From an uncultured delta proteobacterium (GTDB taxonomy: Bacteria; Desulfobacterota; Binatia; UBA9968), in assembly GCA_963737905.1 (NCBI GenBank), contig CAVTUQ010000007.1, forward strand, positions 256,001-320,000: a stretch of DNA of 64,000 nucleotides. Direction: 5' to 3'. The position numbers and the translations under genes are program-made. The notes under the pieces are model-generated. The model worked only from the letters and a program-made list of their open reading frames with translations. It searched no databases and was not told the DNA's origin. This document shows positions 1 to 9,711 of the stretch, in pieces. The number at the start of each line of letters is the position of its first letter. The stretch's first letter is position 1.

Positions 1-36
1 CGCATCGGCCATGATGTCCTGAAAAGTCTTGGCCAT
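1..36 (-). CDS. 5' end of a gene running off the window (MAKTFQDIMADA...), possibly a rhodanese/MoeB-type protein
   Basis: ATG at 36 with a GGAGGGG SD upstream on the minus strand. Only 12 codons are visible; the family guess is from the N-terminal sequence alone. Confidence 0.4.
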   Translation of the reverse strand, partial: MAKTFQDIMADA

Positions 37-459
37 GGTTTCCCCTCCCGCTCGATTAAGCTTCTAGACCTTAGAGGTCCAAGTTAAAACCGCCCCACCC
101 GAAAGTCAAGTTGAGCTGAGTAAGTCAGAGAGGGTAGAAGAAGCCGCCGTATCCCTTGAAGCGGACTTCCAAAAGATGGACTCATCACCTTGGGTGATGG
201 ATTTGAACGCGCCTCGCCCAAGGATTGTTCGTCGGCGATTTCGAGGCAAATTCTATCTAAGATATTCTCGCTGGCGATGGGAGTATCGGTTTGCAGTACC
301 CCTTCGGCGGCCTTCCATGACTCGGTTGCGAGCGAACTGTCGTATAAACCAGAGGCCAATTCCAATAGCCCTCTGGCACGCTGAATGCCCGCGTTGTATC
401 GTTTTATGGTCTTTCGAGGATCTCGCGCATCCCTCATGGTTTTCACGGGCAGCCACTTT

Positions 460-1623
460 TTAGTCGAGAAGCTTGCGCGCCAGCTCGGCCGACACTTCGC
501 GCGTCTTGAGGATTTTTTCTTCCGACTGATTCTCGAGCTTTGTGTATTGGTCCATCGTAAGATTATCTTTAGCCGCAAAGACGCCGAACTCTTTTAACCA
601 TTGCGTATCGACATCGAGGCGCCGGGTTGCTTGACCCATCGCTCGGGAATATGTTTCCTGTCCTTCCTGGCCGAGGAACCAGTTGACGAACACTTTGGCC
701 GCGTTGGGATGAGGAGCGCCTTTGATGATCGCCACGTTGCCGCTGCCGCCGCTCACGTAAATCTCGTCGCGAGGAGTGGGAACCGATTTCACGGGCAGTC
801 CGGCTTTGGCAAACGGAAGAAAAGAATAATAACTAAGGCCGACGCTTAGCGCGATCTTTCCTTTGGCCAGACTTTCCGCCAAGACCCGCTGATCCCGGCT
901 GAGGAACAGCTTCTGGCCCGCCAGCTTCTTCAAGTAGTCCTCCCCCTTGAGCTTCCAGAGAAAAGACCACATCGAGGCGCCCGCGCCGGGAGTGCGCGGA
1001 TCGAGGTAGCCGATCTTGCCGGACCATTTGGGATTCACTAGATCGTTCAAGGAACGAACCTCGCCGGCCTTCACATAATCCGTGTTGCACCAAATGAGTT
1101 CGACTTGATAAGCCTGGGAGGCGTAAATGTAACGCTTCGCATTGTCCAGCCAGATATGCCCGCCCCACCAGTTGTTCGGGTCTTTGATTTCCTTGAGCAT
1201 CATCGCCGGTTCGAGGGGAGCTAAAATACCTTCGGACAGAAGTCCCGTGATCATCGATTCGCCGCCGCCCATGTGGAGATCAAAGCCGGGGACACCGGAC
1301 TTCGATTCCTGCTGGATTTTCCCGACGAGGGAAGCGGCTCTGCCGAGGTTGAGTTCGGCCTCGATACCGAAGCGCTCCTTGAAAACCTTCTCTATGCCTC
1401 TTCTCAGCTCGGTGCTGGCCGGAACAGAGACGACCACCTTGCCTTCCTTCTTGGCCGCCTCTACCGCTCTTTCCCATTCGACGGGCGAGGATGGTTTTGC
1501 CTCCCCGGCGTGTAACTGTCCCGCTCCGAGCAGGGCGAAGTAAGCCAATCCACCGAGCCATGGGAAGATTCGTAATCGGAGGTACAACTTTCTTGCGCCC
1601 CCTTTGTGGTTAAAAGTCGACAT
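460..1623 (-). CDS. ABC transporter extracellular solute-binding protein (Fe3+/thiamine-like family)
   Basis: Signal peptide, 'AAKKEGKVVV', 'DLVNPKWSGKI', 'APHPNAAKVFVNWFL' motifs. Confidence 0.85.
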   Translation of the reverse strand: MSTFNHKGGARKLYLRLRIFPWLGGLAYFALLGAGQLHAGEAKPSSPVEWERAVEAAKKEGKVVVSVPASTELRRGIEKVFKERFGIEAELNLGRAASLVGKIQQESKSGVPGFDLHMGGGESMITGLLSEGILAPLEPAMMLKEIKDPNNWWGGHIWLDNAKRYIYASQAYQVELIWCNTDYVKAGEVRSLNDLVNPKWSGKIGYLDPRTPGAGASMWSFLWKLKGEDYLKKLAGQKLFLSRDQRVLAESLAKGKIALSVGLSYYSFLPFAKAGLPVKSVPTPRDEIYVSGGSGNVAIIKGAPHPNAAKVFVNWFLGQEGQETYSRAMGQATRRLDVDTQWLKEFGVFAAKDNLTMDQYTKLENQSEEKILKTREVSAELARKLLD

Positions 1624-1721
1624 TGCTTGACATATAAATCCGCTAGCGATACCAAGTCAAGGTTCGAGCGCTATTGCACTATTGACGATCGTCTGTCGTT
1701 GCGAACGGAAGGATCTGCCCC

Positions 1722-1840
1722 ATGGGTAACATCTCGACGACGAACGAATCCGATTCCGAAGTTTGGAAGCGTATTTCAAGAAATACCCGGAAGTTCCCAA
1801 GGAGACGATTCTCAAGCAGCATCTCTTAAGCCTCGGGTGA
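1722..1840 (+). pseudogene. Short truncated gene remnant (MGNISTTNESDSEV/LEAYFKKYPEVPKETILKQHLLSLG*), possibly the N-terminus of a radical SAM protein
   Basis: AAGGA SD then ATG at 1722. A one-base shift near 1762 joins a protein-like frame that ends at TGA 1838-1840. Family assignment is from recollection only. Confidence 0.35.
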
Positions 1841-1962
1841 ATAGGGCGAAAGACGAGGGCAACGTCGCGGCGGACTACTTTTTGACAGGCCCGGCTTGTC
1901 CTGCCTACGCAATTGCGGTCGAACCATTACGAGCAAATCATAAATTGAACGCCTGGGCCAAT

Positions 1963-2811
1963 TTATCTTCCCTTTGGATTCAACAAATCGCTCAACGCGT
2001 TACCCAGGTTATTAAACGCGAGGATGGTCAGGAAGATAGCCGCCGCCGGAAAGAAGAGGATGTGCGGGTAGGAGCGCATTGCGCGCCAGCCGTCCTGCGC
2101 AAGCGAGCCCCAACTGGTCCCCCAGGGGCTGTAAGGATCGTTGATGCCGAGGCCGATGAAACTCACGGTAGATTCGGCGAGAATGGCCGCCGGAATACTG
2201 AAGGTCAGGGTCACAATGATCGGGCCAAGGATGTTGGGTAAGATGTGCCGCAGGAGGATCCGTCGCCGCGTAGCACCCATAGCCCGGGCGCCTTCGACAA
2301 ACAGGAATCCTTTGGCCTGGAGTACTTGACCGCGGGCGATGCGGGCGAAGCGCACCCAGGAAACGAGTCCAAGCGCGACCAGCAGCCCGCCGATGTTTCT
2401 GCCGAAGAGAAGCGATAGCAGAATAAAGATCAGCATGTCGGGAAGGCCGTAAAAGACATCCACAACCCGCATCATCAAATGATCCAGATTCCCTCCTCTG
2501 AAGCCGGAAACCAGCCCATAGGCCGTGCCGATGATAAGCGCGATCAAAGCCGTACCGATTCCCACAACCATCGACACGCGAGCCCCATATAGAATTCGCG
2601 TCAGTAGGTCTCGTCCGAGGCCATCCGTTCCCATCAGGTGCGCCCAAGTCGGCGTCTCGAGGATACGTTTCTCCTCGAATCCGCCAGTGCCGTAGGGCGA
2701 GATCCAGGGCGCCAGGAAACCGGAAGCCGCTACGGCTACGATAAATACGAGGCTGCAAAGAAGTAGAGGGTCCCGACTAGGACCGCTCGCCTGCTGATTT
2801 GCCGAAACCAT
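1963..2811 (-). CDS. oppC: Oligopeptide/dipeptide ABC transporter permease (OppC/DppC)
   Basis: 'HLMGTDGLGRDLLTRILYGARVS', EAA loop 'FVEGARAMGA', 'HILPN'. Confidence 0.9.
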   Translation of the reverse strand: MVSANQQASGPSRDPLLLCSLVFIVAVAASGFLAPWISPYGTGGFEEKRILETPTWAHLMGTDGLGRDLLTRILYGARVSMVVGIGTALIALIIGTAYGLVSGFRGGNLDHLMMRVVDVFYGLPDMLIFILLSLLFGRNIGGLLVALGLVSWVRFARIARGQVLQAKGFLFVEGARAMGATRRRILLRHILPNILGPIIVTLTFSIPAAILAESTVSFIGLGINDPYSPWGTSWGSLAQDGWRAMRSYPHILFFPAAAIFLTILAFNNLGNALSDLLNPKGR

Positions 2812-2813
2812 GC

Positions 2814-3731
2814 TCAGTAAAACCCTATTCTGGGGTCGACGCAGGTATAGAAGAGATCGACCAGGAAGTTGGCGGCAACCAAAAGCGCCGTATAGACCAA
2901 TGTCACTCCCATAATCAGGGGATAATCACGATCGGTCACTGCCGTGATGAAGAAGCGACCCATGCCCGGGATCGCAAATACATACTCGACGACAAACGAG
3001 CCGGTCAGTAACGTCGCCGCCAGCGGTCCCATGACCGTGAGCACCGGCAGCAATGAATTTCGCAAAGCATGCTTGAACAATACAGCGCTTTCTCGCAAGC
3101 CTTTGGCGCGCGCCGTTCGGATGAAGTCTTCGCCGAGAGCTTCGATCAGCGTCGATCGAAGCAACGTAGCGATGTAGGCTGCCGGCGCTGCGCCCAAGGT
3201 AATCGTCGGCAAGAACATGCTGGCGACATTGTCCCAGCGTCCCGCTTGGAGCCAACCCAGCTGCAGCGCAAACAGCCAGATCAGCAAAGCGCCGAGAATG
3301 AAGTGGGGCACCGAAATCCCCAACGTCACGGTCAACAGGGAGAATCGGTCGACCCACGAATTGCGAAAATAAGCGGCTATTAGACCCACTGGAAACGAGA
3401 CCATCAGGGCGAAGACCAGGGCGAGGAGGCCCAGGAGCGCCGACGTCGGCAAAGTTTCCGAGATGATCTCCCTCACCCCGCGGTCGAGATATTTATAGGA
3501 CGGTCCGAAATCAAGGTGAAGAATTCCCGAGAGATAACGCAGATACTGCATAAGGAGCGGCTCATCGAGATGATACTTGGCTTCGATATTCGCCAACACT
3601 TCAGGCGGGAGCTTGCGCTCGCTGTCAAAAGGGCCGCCAGGGGCAAGGCGCAGGAGAATAAATGTCAGCGTCGCTACAACCCAAATAACGGCAAGTCCAT
3701 GGAGCAGCCGTTTCAAGAGAAACATGAGCAT
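2814..3731 (-). CDS. oppB: Oligopeptide/dipeptide ABC transporter permease (OppB/DppB)
   Basis: 'APGGPF', 'DFGPSY', 'DFIRTARAKGL', 'RDYPLIMG', 'DPRI'. Confidence 0.9.
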   Translation of the reverse strand: MLMFLLKRLLHGLAVIWVVATLTFILLRLAPGGPFDSERKLPPEVLANIEAKYHLDEPLLMQYLRYLSGILHLDFGPSYKYLDRGVREIISETLPTSALLGLLALVFALMVSFPVGLIAAYFRNSWVDRFSLLTVTLGISVPHFILGALLIWLFALQLGWLQAGRWDNVASMFLPTITLGAAPAAYIATLLRSTLIEALGEDFIRTARAKGLRESAVLFKHALRNSLLPVLTVMGPLAATLLTGSFVVEYVFAIPGMGRFFITAVTDRDYPLIMGVTLVYTALLVAANFLVDLFYTCVDPRIGFY

Positions 3732-3802
3732 TTTTGCCCGCTCACAACATTCGTTTGCACAGAGGAGGGAACATGAGGGCGAGGGAGAAGTGAGTTCAGT
3801 TC

Positions 3803-5170
3803 CTAACCGCCATGAGACGCGGAGTATTGTTCGAGTTTTTTCTCAAGCCAGCGGGTATTCACCCTGCCGTTTATGTAGTCGCCATCATCGATAACCGTTT
3901 GAAGAAAAGGGATGCCCGTGTCGATGCCTTGAATCTGAAACGAGGCCAAGGCCTGCCTTGTACGGGCGGCGGCTTCGGTGCGATCCCCGCCATGGGCGAT
4001 CATCTTTGCCAGAAGTGAATCGTAAAAGGGCGGCACGGAGTAACCCGAATAGCAGTGGGTATCCACCCGAATGCCGGTGCCTTCCGGCGCCTGCCACCTG
4101 GCGATGCGCCCCGGACAAGGGCGAAATCCATGTTGCGGCGACTCGGCGTTAATGCGGCATTCGATGGCGTGACCGAAAAAGCGAACATCGGATTGCTTAA
4201 ACGGCAGAGGCTCGCCGCGCGCGATCCGCAGTTGCTGCGCCACGAGGTCCACCCCGGTAATCATCTCGGTCACGGGATGTTCGACCTGGATGCGCGTATT
4301 CATTTCCAGAAAGAAAAACTTGTTGGTGTCGTTGTCAAAGATAAACTCCACCGTGCCGGCATTTTGATAACCGATACTTCGCGCCAAGGTAGCCGCGGCG
4401 TGACAGATTTGATCGCGGACTTGTTTTGACACGGCGTAAGCCGGAGCTTCCTCGATGATTTTTTGATGGCGCCGTTGCAGGGAACAGTCGCGCTCGCCCA
4501 GGTGAATAACGTTGCCGGATCGGTCTCCCAGGACCTGGACTTCAACGTGTCTGGCATTACCGATGTATCGTTCCATGTAAAGCGTATCGTTGCCGAACGC
4601 CGCGCGGGCTTCGGCGGCAGCGGTGCTGAACGTGGTTGGCATTTCAGTCGGATTCCAAACGAGCTTGATCCCCCGGCCACCGCCGCCGGCGGAGGCCTTG
4701 AGCAGCACCGGATAGCCGATTTTTTCCGCCTGAGCGGCGGCTTCGCGAGAATTTTTGGCCTGATCAGACCCGGGTACCGTTGGTACGCCGCAGGAAATTG
4801 CGATTCTGCGCGCTTCCAGCTTGTCGCCCATGTTGGTGATGTTCTCAGGGCTAGGGCCGACGAAGGTAATCTTGTTATCGGCGCAGGCCTGTGCAAGCTC
4901 GGCTCTCTCGGATAAAAAACCATAACCGGGATGCAGGGCATCGCAGGCCGTGCTCTGCGCAGCCGCCACCAACGTCCCGGTTTTGAGGTAGCTATCGGAT
5001 GAACGCGGCGGTCCGATGCAAACCGCGCGGTTGGCCATTTTTGCCGCGAGACTCTCCCGGTCCGCTTCGGAGATTGCGGCGACAGTTTCAATCCCCAGAC
5101 TTTGACAGGCTCGAATGATGCGGACAGCGATCTCGCCCCGGTTGGCGACCAATACCCGGGTCACCTTCAT
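3803..5170 (-). CDS. accC: Biotin carboxylase (AccC-like)
   Basis: 'VLVANRGEIAVRI', 'HPGYGFLSE', 'GGGGRG', 'ERDCSLQRRHQK', 'FLEMNTRIQVEHPVTE'. Confidence 0.92.
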   Translation of the reverse strand: MKVTRVLVANRGEIAVRIIRACQSLGIETVAAISEADRESLAAKMANRAVCIGPPRSSDSYLKTGTLVAAAQSTACDALHPGYGFLSERAELAQACADNKITFVGPSPENITNMGDKLEARRIAISCGVPTVPGSDQAKNSREAAAQAEKIGYPVLLKASAGGGGRGIKLVWNPTEMPTTFSTAAAEARAAFGNDTLYMERYIGNARHVEVQVLGDRSGNVIHLGERDCSLQRRHQKIIEEAPAYAVSKQVRDQICHAAATLARSIGYQNAGTVEFIFDNDTNKFFFLEMNTRIQVEHPVTEMITGVDLVAQQLRIARGEPLPFKQSDVRFFGHAIECRINAESPQHGFRPCPGRIARWQAPEGTGIRVDTHCYSGYSVPPFYDSLLAKMIAHGGDRTEAAARTRQALASFQIQGIDTGIPFLQTVIDDGDYINGRVNTRWLEKKLEQYSASHGG

Positions 5171-5670
5171 GGTTTTACGAGAAAAAGCGTCTGCCCGTAT
5201 TCGACAAACTGGCCGTTTTGGGCAACCACCTGAGCCACTGTTCCCTTCACACTGGCCCGCACGCTACTGAAGACTTTCATCACCTCGATGAGCCCGACGG
5301 TGGTATCTTCGGTGATCGCTGTACCCACTTGCACGAAGGGGGGCGCCCCGGGTTCAGGCGCGATGTAGAACGTGCCAAGCAGCGGAGCCGTAATCGGCAA
5401 GAGTCCCTCCGCTGCCGCTTTGGCGTCGATGTCGGAGGCGGCGCTCCGCGGAGGAGGGGCCGCCACGGCAGGCGTTGCTTTCGGCATTTCTAACGCGGCG
5501 GGGCCGGGAGAGTGCGCTGCCGGGGCGCTCCGGGCCGAGGAAGAAAGCGGAATGGGTTCGCCCTTACTCACTGTGATCTTGAGCTCGCCCACTTCAAGCT
5601 GAAAGTAGTCGAATTTGGATTCATCAATTAACTTGAGTATGTGAAGCACGTCGTCTTCGGTGAGTTCCAT
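5167..5670 (-). CDS. accB: Biotin carboxyl carrier protein (AccB-like)
   Basis: Ala/Pro linker, 'APLLGTFY', biotinylation motif 'IEVMKV', 'VEYGQTLF'. Overlaps the accC start. Confidence 0.88.
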   Translation of the reverse strand: MELTEDDVLHILKLIDESKFDYFQLEVGELKITVSKGEPIPLSSSARSAPAAHSPGPAALEMPKATPAVAAPPPRSAASDIDAKAAAEGLLPITAPLLGTFYIAPEPGAPPFVQVGTAITEDTTVGLIEVMKVFSSVRASVKGTVAQVVAQNGQFVEYGQTLFLVKP

Positions 5671-5786
5671 ATCCTCGCCCTTCCCAGATGTTTTGAGAGT
5701 GTCAGGGGCGTTGACGTATCTGCCCCTGATTGGGAACTCACATTATGTGATTTCAGAGTTCATGGCAAATAGACTACGGAGGAAAT

Positions 5787-7400
5787 TCACTGCGGGTTCG
5801 TTGGTTCCACCGGTCGCACGTTGTGCAAATCCAAGCGGCCCATGGAATTCATCTCTAAACCGGTGAAATGCGGGTTCAGAACGGTGCTCTCGGTGCGCCA
5901 ATACAGCGGCACCATCGGAAGATCGGTTTCGCAGAGAATCCTCTGCGCTTCATCGTAGAGTTTGACACGCTTCTTGACTTCGAACTCGCGGGCGGCGTTC
6001 TCCGCCAGCCGGTCATATCGGTTGTTCTTCCAACGCAGGTGGTTGTTACCGCTGTCGGCGGTGAAAAGCTTCATGAAGTTGTCGGGGTCGGGGTAGTCGG
6101 CGCCCCAACCGTCGCGAAACACGGGAAAGGGATCATTCTGCAGCTTCCTGAGATAGACTTTCCATTCCTGATTCTCCAATCCGACGACAACCCCCAGATT
6201 TCTCTGCCACATTCCCTGCACCGCTTCGGCCACCAACTTTCGATCTTCCTCGGTATCATAGCCCAGGACAATGCGCGGAAATCCTTTGCCTTCCGGGTAG
6301 CCGGCCTCGCGCAGGAGCCGGCGTGCCTCGGGCGGATTGAAGTGAAGGCCGATTTTCGGGTTGTGCGCAAGCATCCCGGGGGGTATCCAAGAGGAAGCCG
6401 GCTCCTCTCCCCCGTGAAGAATTTTTGGAAAGACGCTCCGGTCGATGGCCATGGCAAAGGCTTTCCTGACTCGCGGATCATCGAAAGGTTTTCGATCAAC
6501 GGCAAATCCGTAATACTCGCCGCGCAGCTGCGGCACCCGTTTAAACCCGCGCTGTTTGGATAAACGGCTTTTTTCCAATGCCGGGATGCTATGATCGTCG
6601 AGGAAGTCCAACTGACCTTGTTCGTACATCGCAACGGCGGTGGTTTTCTCCTTGACCATCAACATCGTAACTTTGTCGATGGCCGGCTTGGCGCGAAAGT
6701 AATTTGGGTTGGCTTTCAGCTCGATCTCATTCTCATGCTTCCAAGATGACAGGAGAAACGGTCCGTTGGTCACGATATTTTTGGGGTCGGTCCAGCGGGA
6801 ATCAAATTTCTCAATAATGTCCTGTCGCTGGGGAAAAGTGGTTTCAAATGTGGTGATGGCCAAAAAATAAGAAGCCGGGTAGCGCAGTCGGACCACGAGA
6901 GTAAAATCATCCAGCGCCTGGACGCCGACGGCGCTCGCATCGGTCAGTTGACCTTCGTGGTACTCCTGGGCGTTTTCAATGTCGAACAAGATGTAGGCGT
7001 ATTGGGAGGCGGTTTTGGGGTCGAGGAGCCTCTTCCAGGAATACTCGAAATCCTGGCCGCGGACTTTCTTACCGTCGCTCCAGAAAACGTCGTCGCGCAG
7101 ATGAAAAACAAGCTTTCGCCCGCCATCGAGGATATCCCAGGACTTTGCGACCACCGGCGCCGGTTTGAGCTGCTTGTCAAATTCCGTCAGTCCAACCATC
7201 AGGTTGGCGATGACATTGAAAGAAACATGGTCCGTCGCCAAAGACCAGTCGAGACTGGGCGGCTCGGTGCTGAGATTGACGCGGAAATTCTTTCCCGGGT
7301 TGCCGCCTTTCGAACCGGTTTCGCAGGCGGCACAAAAGAACAGCAGAATGAGCGCAGACAGTCGCCAGCCGCTCGATATTTTGTTCTGTAGAAAAAACAA
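5787..7400 (-). CDS. oppA: Peptide ABC transporter substrate-binding lipoprotein (OppA)
   Basis: Lipobox-like 'CAAC', 'EPPSLD', 'FHLRDDVFWSDG', 'NGPF', 'WGADYPDP'. Confidence 0.9.
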   Translation of the reverse strand: MFFLQNKISSGWRLSALILLFFCAACETGSKGGNPGKNFRVNLSTEPPSLDWSLATDHVSFNVIANLMVGLTEFDKQLKPAPVVAKSWDILDGGRKLVFHLRDDVFWSDGKKVRGQDFEYSWKRLLDPKTASQYAYILFDIENAQEYHEGQLTDASAVGVQALDDFTLVVRLRYPASYFLAITTFETTFPQRQDIIEKFDSRWTDPKNIVTNGPFLLSSWKHENEIELKANPNYFRAKPAIDKVTMLMVKEKTTAVAMYEQGQLDFLDDHSIPALEKSRLSKQRGFKRVPQLRGEYYGFAVDRKPFDDPRVRKAFAMAIDRSVFPKILHGGEEPASSWIPPGMLAHNPKIGLHFNPPEARRLLREAGYPEGKGFPRIVLGYDTEEDRKLVAEAVQGMWQRNLGVVVGLENQEWKVYLRKLQNDPFPVFRDGWGADYPDPDNFMKLFTADSGNNHLRWKNNRYDRLAENAAREFEVKKRVKLYDEAQRILCETDLPMVPLYWRTESTVLNPHFTGLEMNSMGRLDLHNVRPVEPTNPQ

Positions 7401-7471
7401 GAGGTGCTTGCTTATAAGGAACTTTGTAAATATTAGTAGCTAGCTGACAGCTAACCGGAAAGGATTATAAC

Positions 7472-8503
7472 ATGGACGGAAAGGAAATGTTGCAAAAGTA
7501 TGTCGTGGTGGAGGGGCATCGCGATGTCTATGAACAGCTCTACCGTTCATCCATCGGCGAAAAATCGCCCATTCGGGACGGCATCGCGCCCCGATTGATC
7601 CGCGACGGCATCAATGTCTGCGTTTATGCTATTAGCGGCGACTCTTACTCCCACTCGCAGAATACCGGCCGTTACTTAGAGACCGCCCTCGATCAGATCG
7701 ATCAGTTTTTGGAGGAGGCGCCGCGCTCCGAAGGGATGATCCAGATGGTCAAGACCCGTGATGACCTGCCCGATAAGGTCGAGCCGGGCACCGTCAAGTT
7801 TTTGCTCCACTTCGAAGGCTGCATGTCTTTGCGCGGCAGCATCCATAATCTAAGAAATTTCTATCGTCTCGGCCTACGGTCCCTGCAACCCGTTTGGAAT
7901 TTTCGCAACGAGCTCGGCGATGGCGTATGGGAAAACCGCACCGGAGGCGGCCTCACGAATTTCGGCGTCGAAGTCATCAGAGAAGCAAATCGGTTGGGTA
8001 TGGTCGTGGATCTCTCACACATGAATCGCGAAGGGTTCTTCCAAACGTTAGAGGTTGCAACGGCTCCGCTCCTCGTCAGCCACGCCAACGCGTGCGGCAT
8101 GCTCGACAACCCGCGCAATCTGGCGGACGATCAGATCAAAGCCATCGCGGATCAAGGCGGGTTGGTGGGCATCCTGGCTTTGCCGGAGCGCGTCGCGAAA
8201 GGAGAAGTCGCAATCGACGATATGTTGAAGCATATGGACTACATGATCAATCTCGTCGGCATCGAGCATCTCGCCCTGGGCATGGACTTCGTCAAATACG
8301 ACGGGCCGCGCACCCTCAAAGATCGCCACCATCCGTTACACAAAGATCCGCTGATCAAAGGCTTCGAGGAGATCGAAGATCTGCCCAATCTAATCGACGG
8401 CCTGCAGAAACATGGCTACAAGGAAGAGGAAATCGCCCTCATTCTCGGCGGCAATTACCTGCGTGTCCTGAAAACCATTTTGCCTGAGCAATCGGTGGTT
8501 TAA
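7472..8503 (+). CDS. Membrane dipeptidase family protein (peptidase M19)
   Basis: 'EGHRD', 'FYRLGLR', 'GLTNFG', 'VDLSH', 'SHAN', 'RNLADDQ', 'GMDF', 'ILGGN'. Confidence 0.88.
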   Translation: MDGKEMLQKYVVVEGHRDVYEQLYRSSIGEKSPIRDGIAPRLIRDGINVCVYAISGDSYSHSQNTGRYLETALDQIDQFLEEAPRSEGMIQMVKTRDDLPDKVEPGTVKFLLHFEGCMSLRGSIHNLRNFYRLGLRSLQPVWNFRNELGDGVWENRTGGGLTNFGVEVIREANRLGMVVDLSHMNREGFFQTLEVATAPLLVSHANACGMLDNPRNLADDQIKAIADQGGLVGILALPERVAKGEVAIDDMLKHMDYMINLVGIEHLALGMDFVKYDGPRTLKDRHHPLHKDPLIKGFEEIEDLPNLIDGLQKHGYKEEEIALILGGNYLRVLKTILPEQSVV

Positions 8504-8670
8504 CTCTGATATTTGGTGGGCGCGTAGGGATCACACCATAGCACAAGTTGTTCCTAAACAATAAAATTCGAGAGTTTCACTCACGCAACGCAATTGTCCC
8601 TATCAGAGGCCGGTCTCAAACCGTTCGGGCGTCTGCCATCAAAATAAACCAATACCTACGGAGCACATTG

Positions 8671-9711
8671 ATGCAACTACGATCCAAAATTCTTCAAATT
8701 GCTTTGCTTGGCTTTCTCTTGTCGGCCTTCGGGCTCGCTCAGGTCAATGCTCAAGAACCGAGTTTTGACGGCAAAACCGTTCGTATCGTTGTTGGTTTCT
8801 CGGCTGGAGGCGGGTTCGATGCCTACGCCCGCGCCATTGCACGCCACCTGGGAAAACATATTCCGGGAAAGCCTACGATCATTGTCGACAACATGCCCGG
8901 GGCGGGTAGTCTGATCGCCGCCAATTTCACCTACAACCAGGCAAAGCCAGATGGTCTGACGATCGGCCATTTCATCGGGGGCGTAGTCGTAGGCCAGTTG
9001 CTCGGCAATCCCGGCGCTCAGTTCGATTCACAGAAGTTTGAATGGATCGGTGCACCTAACAAACTGGCAGCGGTCTGCGCGTTGACCAAAGCCACCGGGG
9101 TTAACGACATCAAGAGTTGGATGGCGGCAAAAACTCCGGCGAAGCTCGGCGCCACCGGACCCGGCTCGGAAACTTACGATGTGCCGAGAGTCTTGCAGGC
9201 CGCGTTAGGCCTGCCGATGCAGATCGTGTCCGGGTACAAAGGCACAGCCGACATTCGCTTGGCCGCGGAAAGCGGCGAAGTAGGCGGCACCTGCTGGGGT
9301 TGGGAGGTTATGAAGGCGCAATGGGCGAAAGCACTAGAGGCCGGCGGCGTGCGTGTGGTGATCCAGGCCGTCCCCAAAGCTCAGCCTGATCTTGCTAAAG
9401 TGGCCGTGGCCATGGATTTGGCGAAGAGTGAGGAAGCGAAACAACTGATCCAGGTGGGTATTCACGATCAGAGCGCCATCCTCCGTCCGTTTGCGCTGCC
9501 GCCGACGACACCCAAAGATATCGTCAGGACTATACGCCGGGCGTTCCAAGAAACCATGAAAGACGCGCAGTTCCGCGGCGAAATGCAACAAGCGAATTTG
9601 ACTGTCGACCCAGTGAACGCCGCAGAGATCGAGAAAGTCGTCGCCAGCATGGCCAAGCTCGATCCGGCGCTCGCCGCCAAGCTGCGGGACATTCTGGGAA
9701 TCAAAAAGTGA
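8671..9711 (+). CDS. Tripartite tricarboxylate transporter substrate-binding protein (Bug/TctC family)
   Basis: 'GKTVRIVVGFSAGGGFDAYAR', 'NMPGAGS', 'KPDGLTI'. Start placed at ATG 8671 after GGAG. Confidence 0.85.
   Translation: MQLRSKILQIALLGFLLSAFGLAQVNAQEPSFDGKTVRIVVGFSAGGGFDAYARAIARHLGKHIPGKPTIIVDNMPGAGSLIAANFTYNQAKPDGLTIGHFIGGVVVGQLLGNPGAQFDSQKFEWIGAPNKLAAVCALTKATGVNDIKSWMAAKTPAKLGATGPGSETYDVPRVLQAALGLPMQIVSGYKGTADIRLAAESGEVGGTCWGWEVMKAQWAKALEAGGVRVVIQAVPKAQPDLAKVAVAMDLAKSEEAKQLIQVGIHDQSAILRPFALPPTTPKDIVRTIRRAFQETMKDAQFRGEMQQANLTVDPVNAAEIEKVVASMAKLDPALAAKLRDILGIKK

Noticed and set aside
84-578. 164-aa minus-strand ORF
   Set aside because: It overlaps the SBP 3' end and has no recognisable motif. 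A shorter real gene (about 84-437) cannot be excluded.
1838-1884. TGA read-through as a second selenoprotein
   Set aside because: The downstream frame is short and not protein-like, and there is no convincing hairpin at SECIS distance.
1606-2241. 211-aa plus-strand ORF
   Set aside because: Largely antisense to oppC, with no motifs.
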